The translations under genes were made by a program, and so were the position numbers. From Rhina ancylostomus (Eukaryota): a DNA stretch of 64,000 nt. A model generated the notes under the pieces. It saw only the letters and a list, made by a program, of their open reading frames with translations, made no database searches and was not told the origin of the DNA. The stretch is taken from assembly GCA_030265395.1 (NCBI GenBank), contig JARFYF010000017.1, forward strand, positions 19,402,768-19,466,767, given 5' to 3'. Shown one piece after another: positions 35,971 to 48,948 of this stretch (position 1 is its first letter; each line of letters opens with the position of its first letter).

Positions 35971-38324
35971 TGCGTAATCATGGTACAACAGGTTTCCTGT
36001 CAAACATCATAAATTTTTTAAATGACTGCGTTCACAAGTCACAAAGAAAATAAAGTGCCAGTGGAACTTAGATCAAGAAAAAAAACATTTTATTAAAGAA
36101 CTTGGTTGGAGTTAAGCACTGGGCTTCAAGCTCATTACAAGGACTGTCAATTATACAGTGTATTTGAGATAGGTGAAAACCATTGCCCAAGTGGTGCAGT
36201 AGTACCACTGCCCAACAACTTTGGCTTAGCAAGATTTCCCATGGTGCAGTTGTATGTGGCACAAATATTTGCATGAGGGGCACTTAAACAAAGCCTAGAA
36301 CCTAAATAGTCCATTCAATTACAGACTGTGAAGAAACTCCTTTTATACCTCACAAAAATGCTCTCAGTCTATAGTTAATTTTGAAGGGCATTTCTGCATT
36401 CCGTGCACATAATCTTATTGCAAAAGACTAATGCCTTGTCAAATTAAGGAATTGTCTGTCTGAAAAGCTCATATCAATTGTGCTATGATAACAAAGTATA
36501 TTGGATAGTATAGACCTTGGAGTGAACTTCTGCACATTGAAGTAATTCTTGGCACTAACATGGAAGTTTCATTAAAATTATCATTATGTTTTGTTTCTAT
36601 GTCAAAGATATTAAAAATAAATAACATATTTCTAAAAAGGTCTCTATTCACTCAAGCAGGAAGAGACTACTTCAGCTCATCATAACAGTGCCATTTTACT
36701 GGAAATTATATTTGCAAAGTTGAGTGAAAAAACAGACACATTCTAAGAGCTGACATAAGTTTTCAGTATTTACAATTGTGTTTTAATGTCCATCACAAGG
36801 AACATTTTTTGACTATTCAAATTCAGTTTGAGTAGTTATTGAGAATACTTGAATATGAATAGCTATTCTTTGCATCAACATGTATGTTTTAGCCGAAGCA
36901 TGAAATATACTTGTTTTGCAAAGCCTATTTTGTTAAGAGCATCTGTCTACTGTTTCACGAAAGATGCATATTATGAGATGGTGCTTTATTTTACAAAGTG
37001 CCTTTGCACGTTAGTTCTGGTACTGAAAAGTCTTTCTGATTCCAAACAATATAGTTATCCAACACATGTTCCATAGCAGGATGGCTAAGATTCCACTGGA
37101 ATGTATCCACACACCCAAGGTTTTAAAAGTAGCTACATAGTCTTCTGCTGTACTTTATTTTCTATTGTAGTAGAGACTAGTAAAAACTAAGGCCTTAACA
37201 CTTTTCGTAAGAACTCTAATTCAGGCAAGTTACCCCTCCTGAAACTTTGATCCTTCATACTGAAGATCGGTATTACTAGGATTCTAGTACTCAGCTTATT
37301 ACAACTCTTGTCATGGCTGTTACCCTCACAACTGGACTTTCAGGTGAGGTTCTCACCCATTTATGCAGACCAGCACCCTGCCCCGTACACTGATTGTGTC
37401 CAAATCATCTAAAACCCAGTGTTTTACAGTTCATCAGCACCTTGGTAACCTTAATGTTATGTTATTTGCATGTGATGTAAACAAGTACACGAGGAAACCC
37501 TTACGTTACTATTTCTCCTTTTTGTTCACCTCTCCTCTTATCAAACATTGTCTTCTTAGTATATGGAGAGAGTGCTAACCTTGAAGGTGACAAGTTGATG
37601 CACTAAGTCTGCAATATTGAATTACTTCTTTTTGAAGTTATTGACCCTTATTTGAGTAGAAATGAATACTTTGTGAACTGTTTAATTTTAATTCTCAGAA
37701 TCTGTCCAATGGTGATTATTTCATTTTGCCCACATTAAATTCAACACCAAAAATGAAATGAGAAAATAACTTTAAGGGAAAAAGTAAAACAACTTTTGAA
37801 TTTATATTTTCTTTGAAGCGATGTGTTTGAATATAATTCATTGGCAATCACATCTGTTTTACAAAGTACAAAGGAAATTCAGCACTTCAGGAATTAAAGT
37901 AAATATTTAAAGCCACATTCGCTCGCATCTTACTTTCTGAAATCACTGTCAACATTGGTAGAAAACATCGGAATTAACAGACACAAAACAGAGCTACAAA
38001 ATGTTTGAACTTCTTGGCAAAACCACTTAGTCACATTTTAGCAGAGAATTCTCCAACATGTGATAAGTGTTCAGTTTATGGACAAGAACTCAAATTCTCT
38101 AGACTTTGACCTTAACATGCAGCACTGTGAACTTACAATAGGCAGACTGGAGTGTCAACACCACAGAAAATATAATGTTGCACCCTTAATTTTAGTTCCA
38201 GAGACATTTCCTTCTTTCAGCATCTTAAGTATGGAACTTCCTGATCTCTTTATTTCTAATCTTACAAAAGCACCTTTTCTTTGACATATCTCGTTGATTT
38301 TGACAGATATATTCTGGGGAAATT

Positions 38325-38605
38325 TCACTTCAGAATAAGGGGTCACCTATCTAAAACAATGATGAGGAGGAACTTCTCTCAAAGGATGGTGAGCCTTTGG
38401 ATTTGTCTATCCCAGAGAGTTGTGGAGTGATTCGATATATTCAAGGTTGAGACCACCAGATTTTTGGACAGTTGCAGAACAAAAAGTTATGGGAAAGTGT
38501 AGCTGAGGCCAGTGTCAAATTAGCCATGATTTTACTGAATAGCAAAGTATGTTCAAGGGACTCTATGGCTTACCTCATGCTCCCATTCCTTATGTTCTTA
38601 AGTTC
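38325..38605 (+). mobile_element. CR1 3' end fragment
   Basis: 'tcagaataaggggtcacc...gatgaggaggaacttctctcaaaggatggtgagcctttgg...tagccatgattttactgaatagc...ttccttatgttctta'. Confidence 0.75.
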
Positions 38606-41600
38606 TTAGCTACATGAAAGTCAAGGATGTGGTCAAATTGTTTCAGGTGGGAGTTAAAAGTAATAAATTCAGATGACTTTGGTTGAAAATTTGTGGCAAC
38701 TTGTCAATACTTGTCAATTACTTGTCAATAAGTAAGTCTGTTATGCAGCCATATTCTCCAACCCTGCTCAAAAACTAAAACTTGGTGGCAATTTCTTTAT
38801 CACATCAATGATAGTAATGATCCAGGTAGCTAAGAATTGGCTCCACTGTGCAGAAAACAGGCCAGCTTGAGTATGATACTAAAACCAACCCAAATCTATT
38901 GGATCATACACACTGGTATAATGGTGTGCATTATTGAGTAGGCTATAAGCAGGTTGGAAGTTTTAGGCCAATGCTCTGGTTCAATGACCAGTTCCTGTCC
39001 CAAAGCTTGATCAAACTACTTAAAATGTTCCTTTTACTAATAATTTCCACCAGCAATATTATGTAGGATATAAGAACATTTGCACCAGTACACTGCATCT
39101 GGATTGAGCAGGGCAAAACTAATCCAGATTTATTTAGGATTAATATGCTTATAATGCAACATTAATACAGATAAGATCTTGAAGACTTACTATAATATCT
39201 GCCAGGTTCATAGAATATTGCAAGTTAATAAAACATTTGATTTTATTTCTTTTTCCAAGCATTATAAGACATCATTTTCTATTTTATTATCTGATTTTGT
39301 TTTTAATTATTTGTCTTAAGAATGAATGGCAGAAACCATCTGGACTGTCAACATGATAACGTGGATTTAATTTGGATTAAAATACTTACAATGAAACATA
39401 ATTGATGTTAAAATTAATCCAGAGATGTTAAAATTAATCTGGGGTGTGGAGGGAGGGCATAGGAACAGAAAAATAGATTAAACAGAGAATAGAACATGTC
39501 AGAAAAACAAGTTTAAATCTTCTGGACAGCTTTATAAACACAAATGATTTTTTATTTTTTTTAATCAAAGGATGTTTAAAAAATAATAAGTTCATGTTTG
39601 GTTCAAGATAAGACAGGCTTTTAGCTTTTTTAGATTAAACCAAATCTGTGGTGTGTAGGGACATTGGATGATCTAACATGAATATTATTTGCAAGGAGTA
39701 TGAAGAAATGGATTCTGCAGGCAACATGGGAATCAGAGATGATAGAGCATGCACAAGTCATCTCAAATTTTAATGGTTCTCTGCATTAATGCTGCAGAGA
39801 AATGTACACACACCTCAACTGCAGATCCCAAATGTTGGGGAAGATTTCTGACATGCTCTATGAGTAACAAAATCATAAGCACATTCAGTTTACATGAATG
39901 CACAATTCAGTTGCTCATAATGCACTGAGGAACTCTCCGATTGTACTATATATGCTATTTTATATTACACTGCAAATTTGCCTGTTATCTCATCTGTCAT
40001 TCCAGTGATTTATCTTTGTTTTATTCTGTCAATTCTTATCATTGCCATGTGCTTTGCAAATCAAAATCTTTCCAAAATTGGAGTTTATTAATATGAATAG
40101 TTCCCTATAATCTCTTGTTTTTATTTAAGGGGTCAGTAGATCACCTGCTGTTCCTCCTGATCATCAGTTGCTTGCCCATAATCAAAGGTCAGTAAATAAG
40201 ACCAAATGCACTGACAATTCAAACCATTTGACATCATCTTCAAAAGAACTTCATGTAGTTCTATCAACAAATCTGTGTGAAGTTGTATTCTAGTCATGGA
40301 GTCTTGGCACCATACGGCACCTTCTGACCTTCTGCCATCACATCCATGCTTCCCTTTGTACCTAGCTACTCTAATCCCAGTTACCCACATTAGTTCCTTA
40401 ACCTTCTATGCCTTCCTCCTAAAGCATGGAAATAAGAAGTTTGTTTGCTGTTGGCAGATCTCACCTTGAGTAGCTTTAGGAACTCCAATCCAAATTTGTG
40501 CTACGAAAAGGAAAAGCAGATTGGGCTTCCTGTTCTCAATATTTATTGAATGTCACGTATTTGTAATTCAGCATGCAGTCAGCAGAGAACAGAGTCAGGT
40601 TTGACCATGGCACCCACCTTGCTCAAGCAGCTTGCACACACTGTGGGTTACTGCTTGAGGAATGATCATCTTTCTGTACAGAAGGATTGCTAATTCCATT
40701 GACCCTGGACACAGGCAGAAGATGAAGCCTCCATATGTGCAGAAAGTTAATAGGATACTGTCAGCTGACAGGTATTTAAAACAAGCACTTTGGCTTAAAC
40801 AACAGGTGTGCAAAGTTGTATAATCACTCAGCACCATGAGAAGCAGTGGTTTACTGGGAGAAATTGCCTACCAAGTTATACACTAACTCTTTCACAAACA
40901 AGATGGATTTGACTTCCGATAGCCAGAGAATTATATACTGGTAAACTACTGCTCCCCATTATGTACTAGATAACACATTTATCAAAAAGGAATTTACTTG
41001 GTTTGAGCTCATTTGAAAAACTCTAATCCATTTAGATTTGTAATTCTTTCATTGTAATAAACTGATTCTTATCCTCTGGCAGGAAGCAAAATCTGACCAT
41101 GTATTTGGACTTGTAGTTTGATTGAGGCATGCTTACAGCCTGATTTGAAATCATGAAATTTCTGTATGTAATGTTGGGACGTTGTTTCCATTCTGTTTAA
41201 TTGATACATGTGTGGGGCAGTTATGTAATACCTTTACTTAAAGCTCATATTTAAGTTTTCCTTTAAAGGAAGCTTTGTTACATTTAGCCATTCTTCAGCA
41301 ACTGGTATACATCATGTGCTTCCTCAGCTGGGAAAACACAGCAGTCAATAACTGCCTCTGTTGAGCCAGTCAATAAACTGCCTTTCAATTTGTTAGTGAC
41401 CACTGAACTGATTTCACAGTTACAATCAAAAGGTATTTAGTTCTATCAGACTTGCATCACCTATGAGATAGGCAGTCTTCCAATAAAAAGAAATACCCTG
41501 AGGCCCAAGCTGCCCCAGCCTACTTCACTAGAGCAATCTGACAATGTCCACAAGCACTCTATTATCAGTCTGCTCCTCTGTGACCTTTAGCCCTGACGCT

Positions 41601-42387
41601 GACCTAAATGTGCCACTGATACAGTGGTCAATGATTTGGCTGTAAGTCTAATTTACCAATGCACCACCTCTGGCTAGATCCTCCACAGTAAATCTAAAAT
41701 ATGTATGATAATGCCATATGCTGACAAAAACATTAACACCTAAGCAATGACTTATTTTATTGGCCCTATCAGGATTAACTCTTTGGGGACTGGTTTTCCA
41801 ATAATGATTTGTAGTGGAATTGATCAGGGGCAGCTTTTTAACTTGACAAATCTACCACTTCCGAGTCACTGACAGGTAGTCAACTTGTTGTATTTGGCTG
41901 GAGTACTGATGTCCTTTTTGCAGGTTGAAGCATGGGGATGATACCCACTCTATATGGAAACAACATCAACTTCGGATAAAAAGTGAAATTGGTCTGTTGT
42001 TTTGTGATTTCAGAAATATTATTAATCTCTTAAAGCTCTTTAATGTGAGCTTTCAGAGGGAAAATTATCACACTGCAGAGAGTAAAGGGAAAACAGTTGA
42101 TGCAGGCTAATTCCCCACGACAGTGCTATTTCCCCACTATATTTGGATAATAAATTTTGATATCATTGTCTTAAGCTATATTTTCATGGACGGTTTTCAG
42201 TTTTGGAATAAATAAATAAATAGAATAGGACTTAAAACAATTGTTTTTAATTATCTTAAAACCAACTGTTATTTTTACTGAGTGATTTGAGAAAGAGAGA
42301 GGGAGAGAAAACCTAATTCTGTATGATGTTTCTTGCAGACATTTTTAATCATTTATTGTGTCAGTTGTTACACCTTAATTAATATGG

Positions 42388-42608
42388 TGTAGTGACTTAC
42401 CGTTATCAAACCAGCTCCCGCGATTGCGAGCATCGTCGGAGGCCCCAATCCAAGATGGCGCGGGGCACTCCTTATTCTTCGTTGGGCTGGGAAAGCCTGC
42501 GCACGGGAACTGTGAGTACTAAAGGGGCAGCGCACCCCGGTCGTTCATTCGACTCTTTGACCTCGAACAAGTGTCTCCTGTCTTTATTCAGCATAGCTAG
42601 CCGCTACA
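42388..42608 (+). mobile_element. Young 221-bp LTR-like unit (TG...CA, CpG-rich)
   Basis: Starts TGTAGTGACT and ends AGCCGCTACA (imperfect terminal inverted repeat, 8/10). CpG density is high against CpG-poor flanks. A YY1-like CAAGATGGCG lies at 42451-42460. The strand is inferred. Confidence 0.75.
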
Positions 42609-43592
42609 AGCCATTGAATGACTACAGCCAGCCAGGACAGGAACAATCCAACAAATAGTATATTCATCAATATGCTGAGATATAGTCACCACAACCCTCC
42701 CCTCTGATGCCGATATTTTACAGACCGATTTAATTTACAGGTACATCCATCACTATCTGCCTCACACTTCCATTTATGCAAATTCACACTCAAACTGATG
42801 CAATCTCACAATCATTCTCTATATGTGTTCTCCATTCATCATTCAACACCTGCCATAACATTGTCCCTTTTGAACGAAGAGGACATGGGGAGGGCAGTTT
42901 TGAGTGGGGTGGTGGAATGGGGAGAGGGAAAGAACCATTCAAGCAAGTCTGTAATCCTCATTAAGTTTTTGATTTTCACCTAGAGTTTAAAGCTGAGAAA
43001 CTTTTAGAATTGGCCACAATAGCTAGATAATACATTAGTTACATAAAATAAATGCATCCTGAGCAGGCACTTAGAAAAATTATACATCTTTACTTCAAAA
43101 ATACACTGTATATAGCATACATTTATTTTGCTAAAAATCTGTACTTCTCTATATTGAATGAAAATTGCAACAAATATTAAATTCTTGACATGTACAATAT
43201 AGACCAAACCAGGTACTAAAATTGTTTTCATAATTTACAAATCATTTTTCTGCCCAAATATAGCATTTTCCCACTTACGCAGATAAGTGGGAGAAATGGA
43301 AAGTGTATTTACAATGCGACGTGTGAAACATCATCATGATTTCCAGAACAGGTTCTAGTGAAGGCCCCACATAAAGCACATATCTGCTTGTTCTGTTTCA
43401 GTTCTTGACTGTAATCCCGTGCTTCTGCTATTTTCTGTTATTGCCTTGTTAAATCGACCTTTTTGCCCGATACGTAAAACGGTAATATATCGNNNNNNNN
43501 NNNNNNNNNNNNNNNNNNNNNNNNNNNNNNNNNNNNNNNNNNNNNNNNNNNNNNNNNNNNNNNNNNNNNNNNNNNNNNNNNNNNNNNNNNNN

Positions 43593-43653
43593 TTCGACTC
43601 TTTGACCTCGAACAAGTGTCTCCTGTCTTTATTCAGCATAGCTAGCCACTATA
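43593..43653 (+). mobile_element. Second (partial) copy of the LTR-like unit, emerging from a gap
   Basis: 61 bp matching 42548-42608 with 2 substitutions (ccgctaca to ccactata). Confidence 0.9.
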
Positions 43654-44399
43654 ATGGGACTGTGGTTAGTTACAGATTTTCTCTATTTTCCAGTTTACAG
43701 ATTGACCCTTCGTGCTGTGCAGCAACATGTTTGCTCCATAATAAATGCATCACAGACCTGAAACTTTTGCATTCAATGTTATTGAATTAAGATGAATTGC
43801 ATGGTTTGGAACAATGGTGCAGATTGCTGCCTATCTGCCTATGGTGCACCCTGTTTCTTCCTTAGTGATCCAAGGCACAGTCCAGTTCCCAGCACATCAG
43901 CATGTCCCAGCACAGTGCAGGGCAGCACAGGACATCTCTTAATGTAAATGTCCAGCAGTGCTGTCAGAATAGCTTTGACAGCCGTGCTGCCCTCTCCCAG
44001 AATGACCAGCAGTCACTGCTATTGAAGATTTATAAATGTCTAACATACACAAACATTCCAAAACACTCAAGATCCATTAAAAAAATTTAAAAGTCTGTGC
44101 ATTTAAAAAAAGCTAAATAACTAAAAACACATGTATAATAACAATGTTAAAAACTAAACCAAATGAAAAGCTTTATTTTTCTTTCCCCTGGTGACAGCTT
44201 TCCCCTGTCCATTTTCATGGGATTACTGTCTCAGGTTAACCAAGACTCAACTGTAGCAGTGCAGAGTCCTAGATCCAGCACTCTGCTATGCTTCAGCTTA
44301 TGCTCAAGAATGATCAAGTTAAAGACTCATCTAATGACATATCCAAGGATGCCTTGGTGTAAGATCCACCCCACAGTTTTTAGACTGCCTTCAGTAAAG

Positions 44400-44640
44400 A
44401 CATGAGTACCTTGCATCCTTCACATGACCATCATGAACCATGCCTTCTGCTGTCTGGGCCCTAAATTCTGAAACCCCAACCCTGTTAAACTTCTCTCCTT
44501 CATCTGCTTTAAGATGTCATTTAAAACCTAACTCTTCAAACAAGCTTTGAACCACCTACTCTGGTGTCAATTCATATCTTATTGTGCCTTGCAATATTTT
44601 ATTACATTGAAGACATAGATTCATGAAAATTGTTGTTGTA
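44400..44640 (+). mobile_element. Decayed L2 3' end
   Basis: 'ccttctgctgtctgggccctaaattctg...ctttaagatgtcatttaaaacctaactcttc...aaattgttgttg' is the sense counterpart of the copies at 19.5 and 52.6 kb. Confidence 0.55.
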
Positions 44641-47600
44641 TTTGTTGGTCTGGAATTTCTCTGTATAAAATTTATTCAGAGCATTGGCTGATTTGTTTAG
44701 ATTCAGCTGACCTGTCAGGGCCCATTGTGAAAATCCTTATGAAATACTTGTGTGTGACTGGCTGGCAATGGAGAGTTTTCAGCTAATGGCTGGGCTCAGT
44801 CAATTGTTTCTCTTAGCTGTAAAGGACTAGACAAACAAAAGTTTTCAACTCAGCAGTAGTCAAGGCTGATTGAATAGTATGAAGGATTCCAGCTGTACAT
44901 TATCAGGGCACTGCAGAAAGCAGGCAGATTGAAAGATTCAACTGACAGAGACCTGCCTGTACTTAGCTTCTGCCTACCAGAATAGGCAGTCATCCCTTAA
45001 TCCTTAATTAAGAACATTACACAAGATAATTTGGGCAGATGTTACATTATAGAAAGTGTCTATAAATTTTGAGAGTTGAGGGGTTTACTCTCCTCCTGAG
45101 GGTTTGCAGATGTATTGACTGAAACATGTCATCTCTGAGTTTCTGCAGTATGCTGTCAACACTTGACAGTGAAATATGTTCAACACACACTTCACTGCTT
45201 CAGAACCTTAAGCTATCAATCGATAAAATGTTGAATTGTTAAAATTCTTTAAACTGTATGCAGATCATCAAAAACAAGGGGCTTGTTCCTTACGTTATTT
45301 TATCAAAAGATATAATGGGAGTCAACATGGAAATATGTTGATGTTTATGCATGCTTGGTATAATGAAAAGTTTCACTTTACTAATATTAAGCTAATTTAA
45401 GATAACCTTTATTTGAAAATTCTGCCATTAATTCTCCAACCGTAGAAACTCAAAAGCAAACACTTAATATTTTTAATTTAAGAATGCTGTTGTTACATCT
45501 TAGCAATATAGCACAAATGTGTAGCAATGAATTCATAATGTCTACAAATTTGAATTTACATTGATCTTTCAAACTGACATGATCAAACCATTCACAGATG
45601 AAGAAAGTCAGAAATTTAGTGACGCACCAAATTTCTGACAATTTTTGAGGCTATTGTTTTAAGTAAAACCATAAGAGAAAAGTGATACACACTTTGTTGT
45701 ACACCTTAATCATCAATGTGACAAATAATGTTTATTGGTCCTTTATTAATAGAAAGTCTTACGATAGTCATTCAGAAATGCCCCTTTAACATTATTTTGA
45801 AAACTACGTCGTGGCCTACCGTCTGCTCTAAAAGCAGTGACCACCCTCAGGTGACTGGCAAATAACCAGGTATTCTTAAAATTTGGTTTTACGGATGGCA
45901 ATCAGCTTCACTTTAAAAAAATGGTATACATGTAATAAAAGAGCTTGAACATTGTCTTCTTCAAGAAGTAAATAACATAAGAATCTATACATTGGAGTAA
46001 GACTCCATCCCATGAACATTCCATGGGTAATTGAGAAAGCAGTTATCAGAAGTGAAATAGAGGAAGTTTCAATGTATGTAACTCTCAGAGGAAGAATCAT
46101 AGAAAAGATCTGAATCTATGCAAGTCACAAAGATAGTCACTAGAAGCAAATATGTAACTCAGTCAGCTGGACAATGTCCAATGTAGACATGTGGTTACTA
46201 CACAGTTAAAATTAATGTCAAGAAGGATTTTCTTTTTCCAAAGCACTCACTCAGAGTCCACAACTTGTGGGATTTTTCAATGCAATTTCACATTTTTAAC
46301 AGCAGCTGCTTTAATAATATCAAATGAAGGTCAAGAACATCAATGGCAAACCTAAATGTTATGACAGCCATGGCTAAACTCAGTTTTATAAGCAGATTAT
46401 AGTCCTGTAATGTATGAGAATTACTGTTTTACGTGGTTCTGTACAGCCATTCAATATCTCCAAGGTGCTCCGAGGCTGCCACTGGCAACTGATTTCTTTC
46501 CTTCCATTACTTGTCATTCACACCACATTTCTATTGGCAGAGGGCAACCTAATCGATACTAAATACTCTGTAAAGCCCCACAATCTCATGCACAGCTGCG
46601 TTACTTGTTATTGATCAACCCATTGTCCCAACAGGTAGGGAAGCATTTGAGGCAATGAATCGAGATAACACCCGCTTTATTTATGGCTAATTTATTGCAG
46701 ATGGTTTAGACAGCAAACTGCCCACAAGCATGCTGTCGATGTTTGCTCACACAAGTGCAGAGAGACAAGCAGGGAGCAGGAGCAGGCTCTCCAACTCTAT
46801 AGATCTGCTCATCCTCGACAAGCCATGATCTACACATGTTCAAAGTGATGTTAGAACTTGCATCTATTTAAACATGGTTCCTTCTGAATAAGGAAGGAGC
46901 AGCACCTGTTGAGAACTAAATAAAGCTTTTTTTGAATGTATACTGTTAGATTTTAATCATTTTTTTATGATATGATGGTTACTTGTCATCTTCTCTTCTA
47001 AACTTTGCAGTAAACCATGATATTTATGCAGAAGATTTTAATACAGTGTAAGAGAGTGTAATCGTTTGGAATGTATACTTAAATATGACATTTGTTTATT
47101 TGACTTATAAATAGTGAACATTTTGTCAAGTTTTTATTGAATTGCACCTGTTCCACATGCTGGGAATCCCATGCAGATGCTGTCCTATGTTAGTCACATA
47201 AAAACAATACAGATCAAAATTTTTCCATGTAAAATTTAATTACTCAGGATTCCAAAGACTACAAGCACATTTTTCAAAAAACAGATCTAAAAAATAACTC
47301 CATATTCATCACAAACCTAATTTTATACTCCCAGCAATCTTAAGCTTTCCTCTGTTGATTCACAATTCATTTTGAGCAAAGTTCTCCTAAAATTGGCAGA
47401 ACTTTTCTTTTAACACATCAGGATATTTAAGTACAGACAGCGCTGACTTGAAATGAAAGGCTGTAGTGGGAGGATACCTGCAGGACTCACTTCAGCAGCT
47501 CACATTCTCAGTAGCTGAGAAGGACAGCTGGTGTTTGGGACCCTTGTCACCTCCAAAGCATACCCCGTCTCACCATTCTTTCATCACCACTGGTCAAGCC

Positions 47601-48851
47601 CCTACTTAACAGTATCATGATAACATTGTGTAGGTGGATAGTAGAAATGATGAGAATGTTGGGGAATAGGTTACAGGGGAAATTAATGGGGTGGGTGGGT
47701 TTGGGATTGCTCTGTGGGATAAGTGGCCTCCTTCTATGCCATTAGGAAAGATGAAACTATGAAAAACCCAATCACTTGAACTTCTGTAGCTCGAGAAGAC
47801 TCATCATTTTCTCAAGTGCACTAGGGAATGGCTGATAAATATTTGCCTCACCACCATGGACAACGTTCTGAGAACGAAAATCTAAAAGCCAGGTGGCATT
47901 CATTGTACTCGTGTTGTGGGAATAAAACAGGTGTAAGAAGGGTCAATTTTGTGGAGCAGTGCCCTGTGTCTGAAAGAAAGACCTCATGTTGGCTAGTGAT
48001 ACTTTTCAGGCATCCTTGACAGACACCTAAAACACGTGCAAAGTATTTGTAATTGAGAAGTCTAACTCCTCTGCTAAACTGAAATCCAATGGACAGACCA
48101 AATCATTACTAAAAGGGAACTTATTTCTGTACAGAAGGATTTTACAATGGAGCCTGGAGGAACAGCCGTGCATCCTGTGATTCCACAGCTTTAGCTATTT
48201 TTTTCCATGCATGTCCCTTCAAGATCCTTAATTCCCCTTCCCAGTACTGGTGGCAAGGCAAGCAGAACTATTATTTATCTACATGAACTGGGCAAGCTGC
48301 CAATGGAGGCAGGATCGGTACTGGCAGCTTGCCCAAGTAATGTAATGGCATACTTCTGGTTATGCCCGTAGATAGCCTATAACCAATTTCTACCCCATTA
48401 ACTGTGATTTAGTGGTTTAGTTTAAAGGACCATTTGCATAGTAGCAAAGTGTCTGGAAGATTCCAATCCCACTGGGTATGAATTAAAATTACAGAAATAG
48501 CCCTAATCCCCCAATCCATTATTTAGGGAAATTTGAAATAAAGTGTTTTCTGAAAAGATTGCAATCCACAAGTTACAAATCCAAATATTGTTAACAGATA
48601 TTAGATGGCAAAAATATGTTCTTAGCAATAAAGCCTTCCATGCTCACCAGGATAATACAGGATTTATTTTTATTTGTATTTAAAAGAAAGAGTAAAGTGT
48701 TTATTAGACCTGTAATTTTTGAAGCGCTGTTCCCAAGGGAACTTAATTAAGCAAGCAGCAAGAACACAGGATGGGTTTTAACCATTTGCTTTAACACGGG
48801 TCTCAAGCTGGGAAGAGGCATAGAAATTCATAGCTGAGCAAATTGCAGTTT

Positions 48852-48857
<6 letters not shown>

Positions 48858-48895
<38 letters not shown>

Positions 48896-48948
48896 TGTGT
48901 GTGTGAGAGAGAGAGAAAGTGAAAGAGATAGAGAGACAGGGAGAGACG
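48858..48948. repeat. Compound (TG)n-(GA)n microsatellite
   Basis: A near-perfect TG run at 48858-48905 is followed by an imperfect GA run. Confidence 0.95.

Noticed and set aside
38699-38731. Short tandem repeats (acttgtcaat x3; also 39404-39439, 7595-7652 and 57398-57430) as a CRISPR-like array
   Set aside because: No unique spacers, only 2-6 units, and a eukaryotic context. These are ordinary slippage duplications.
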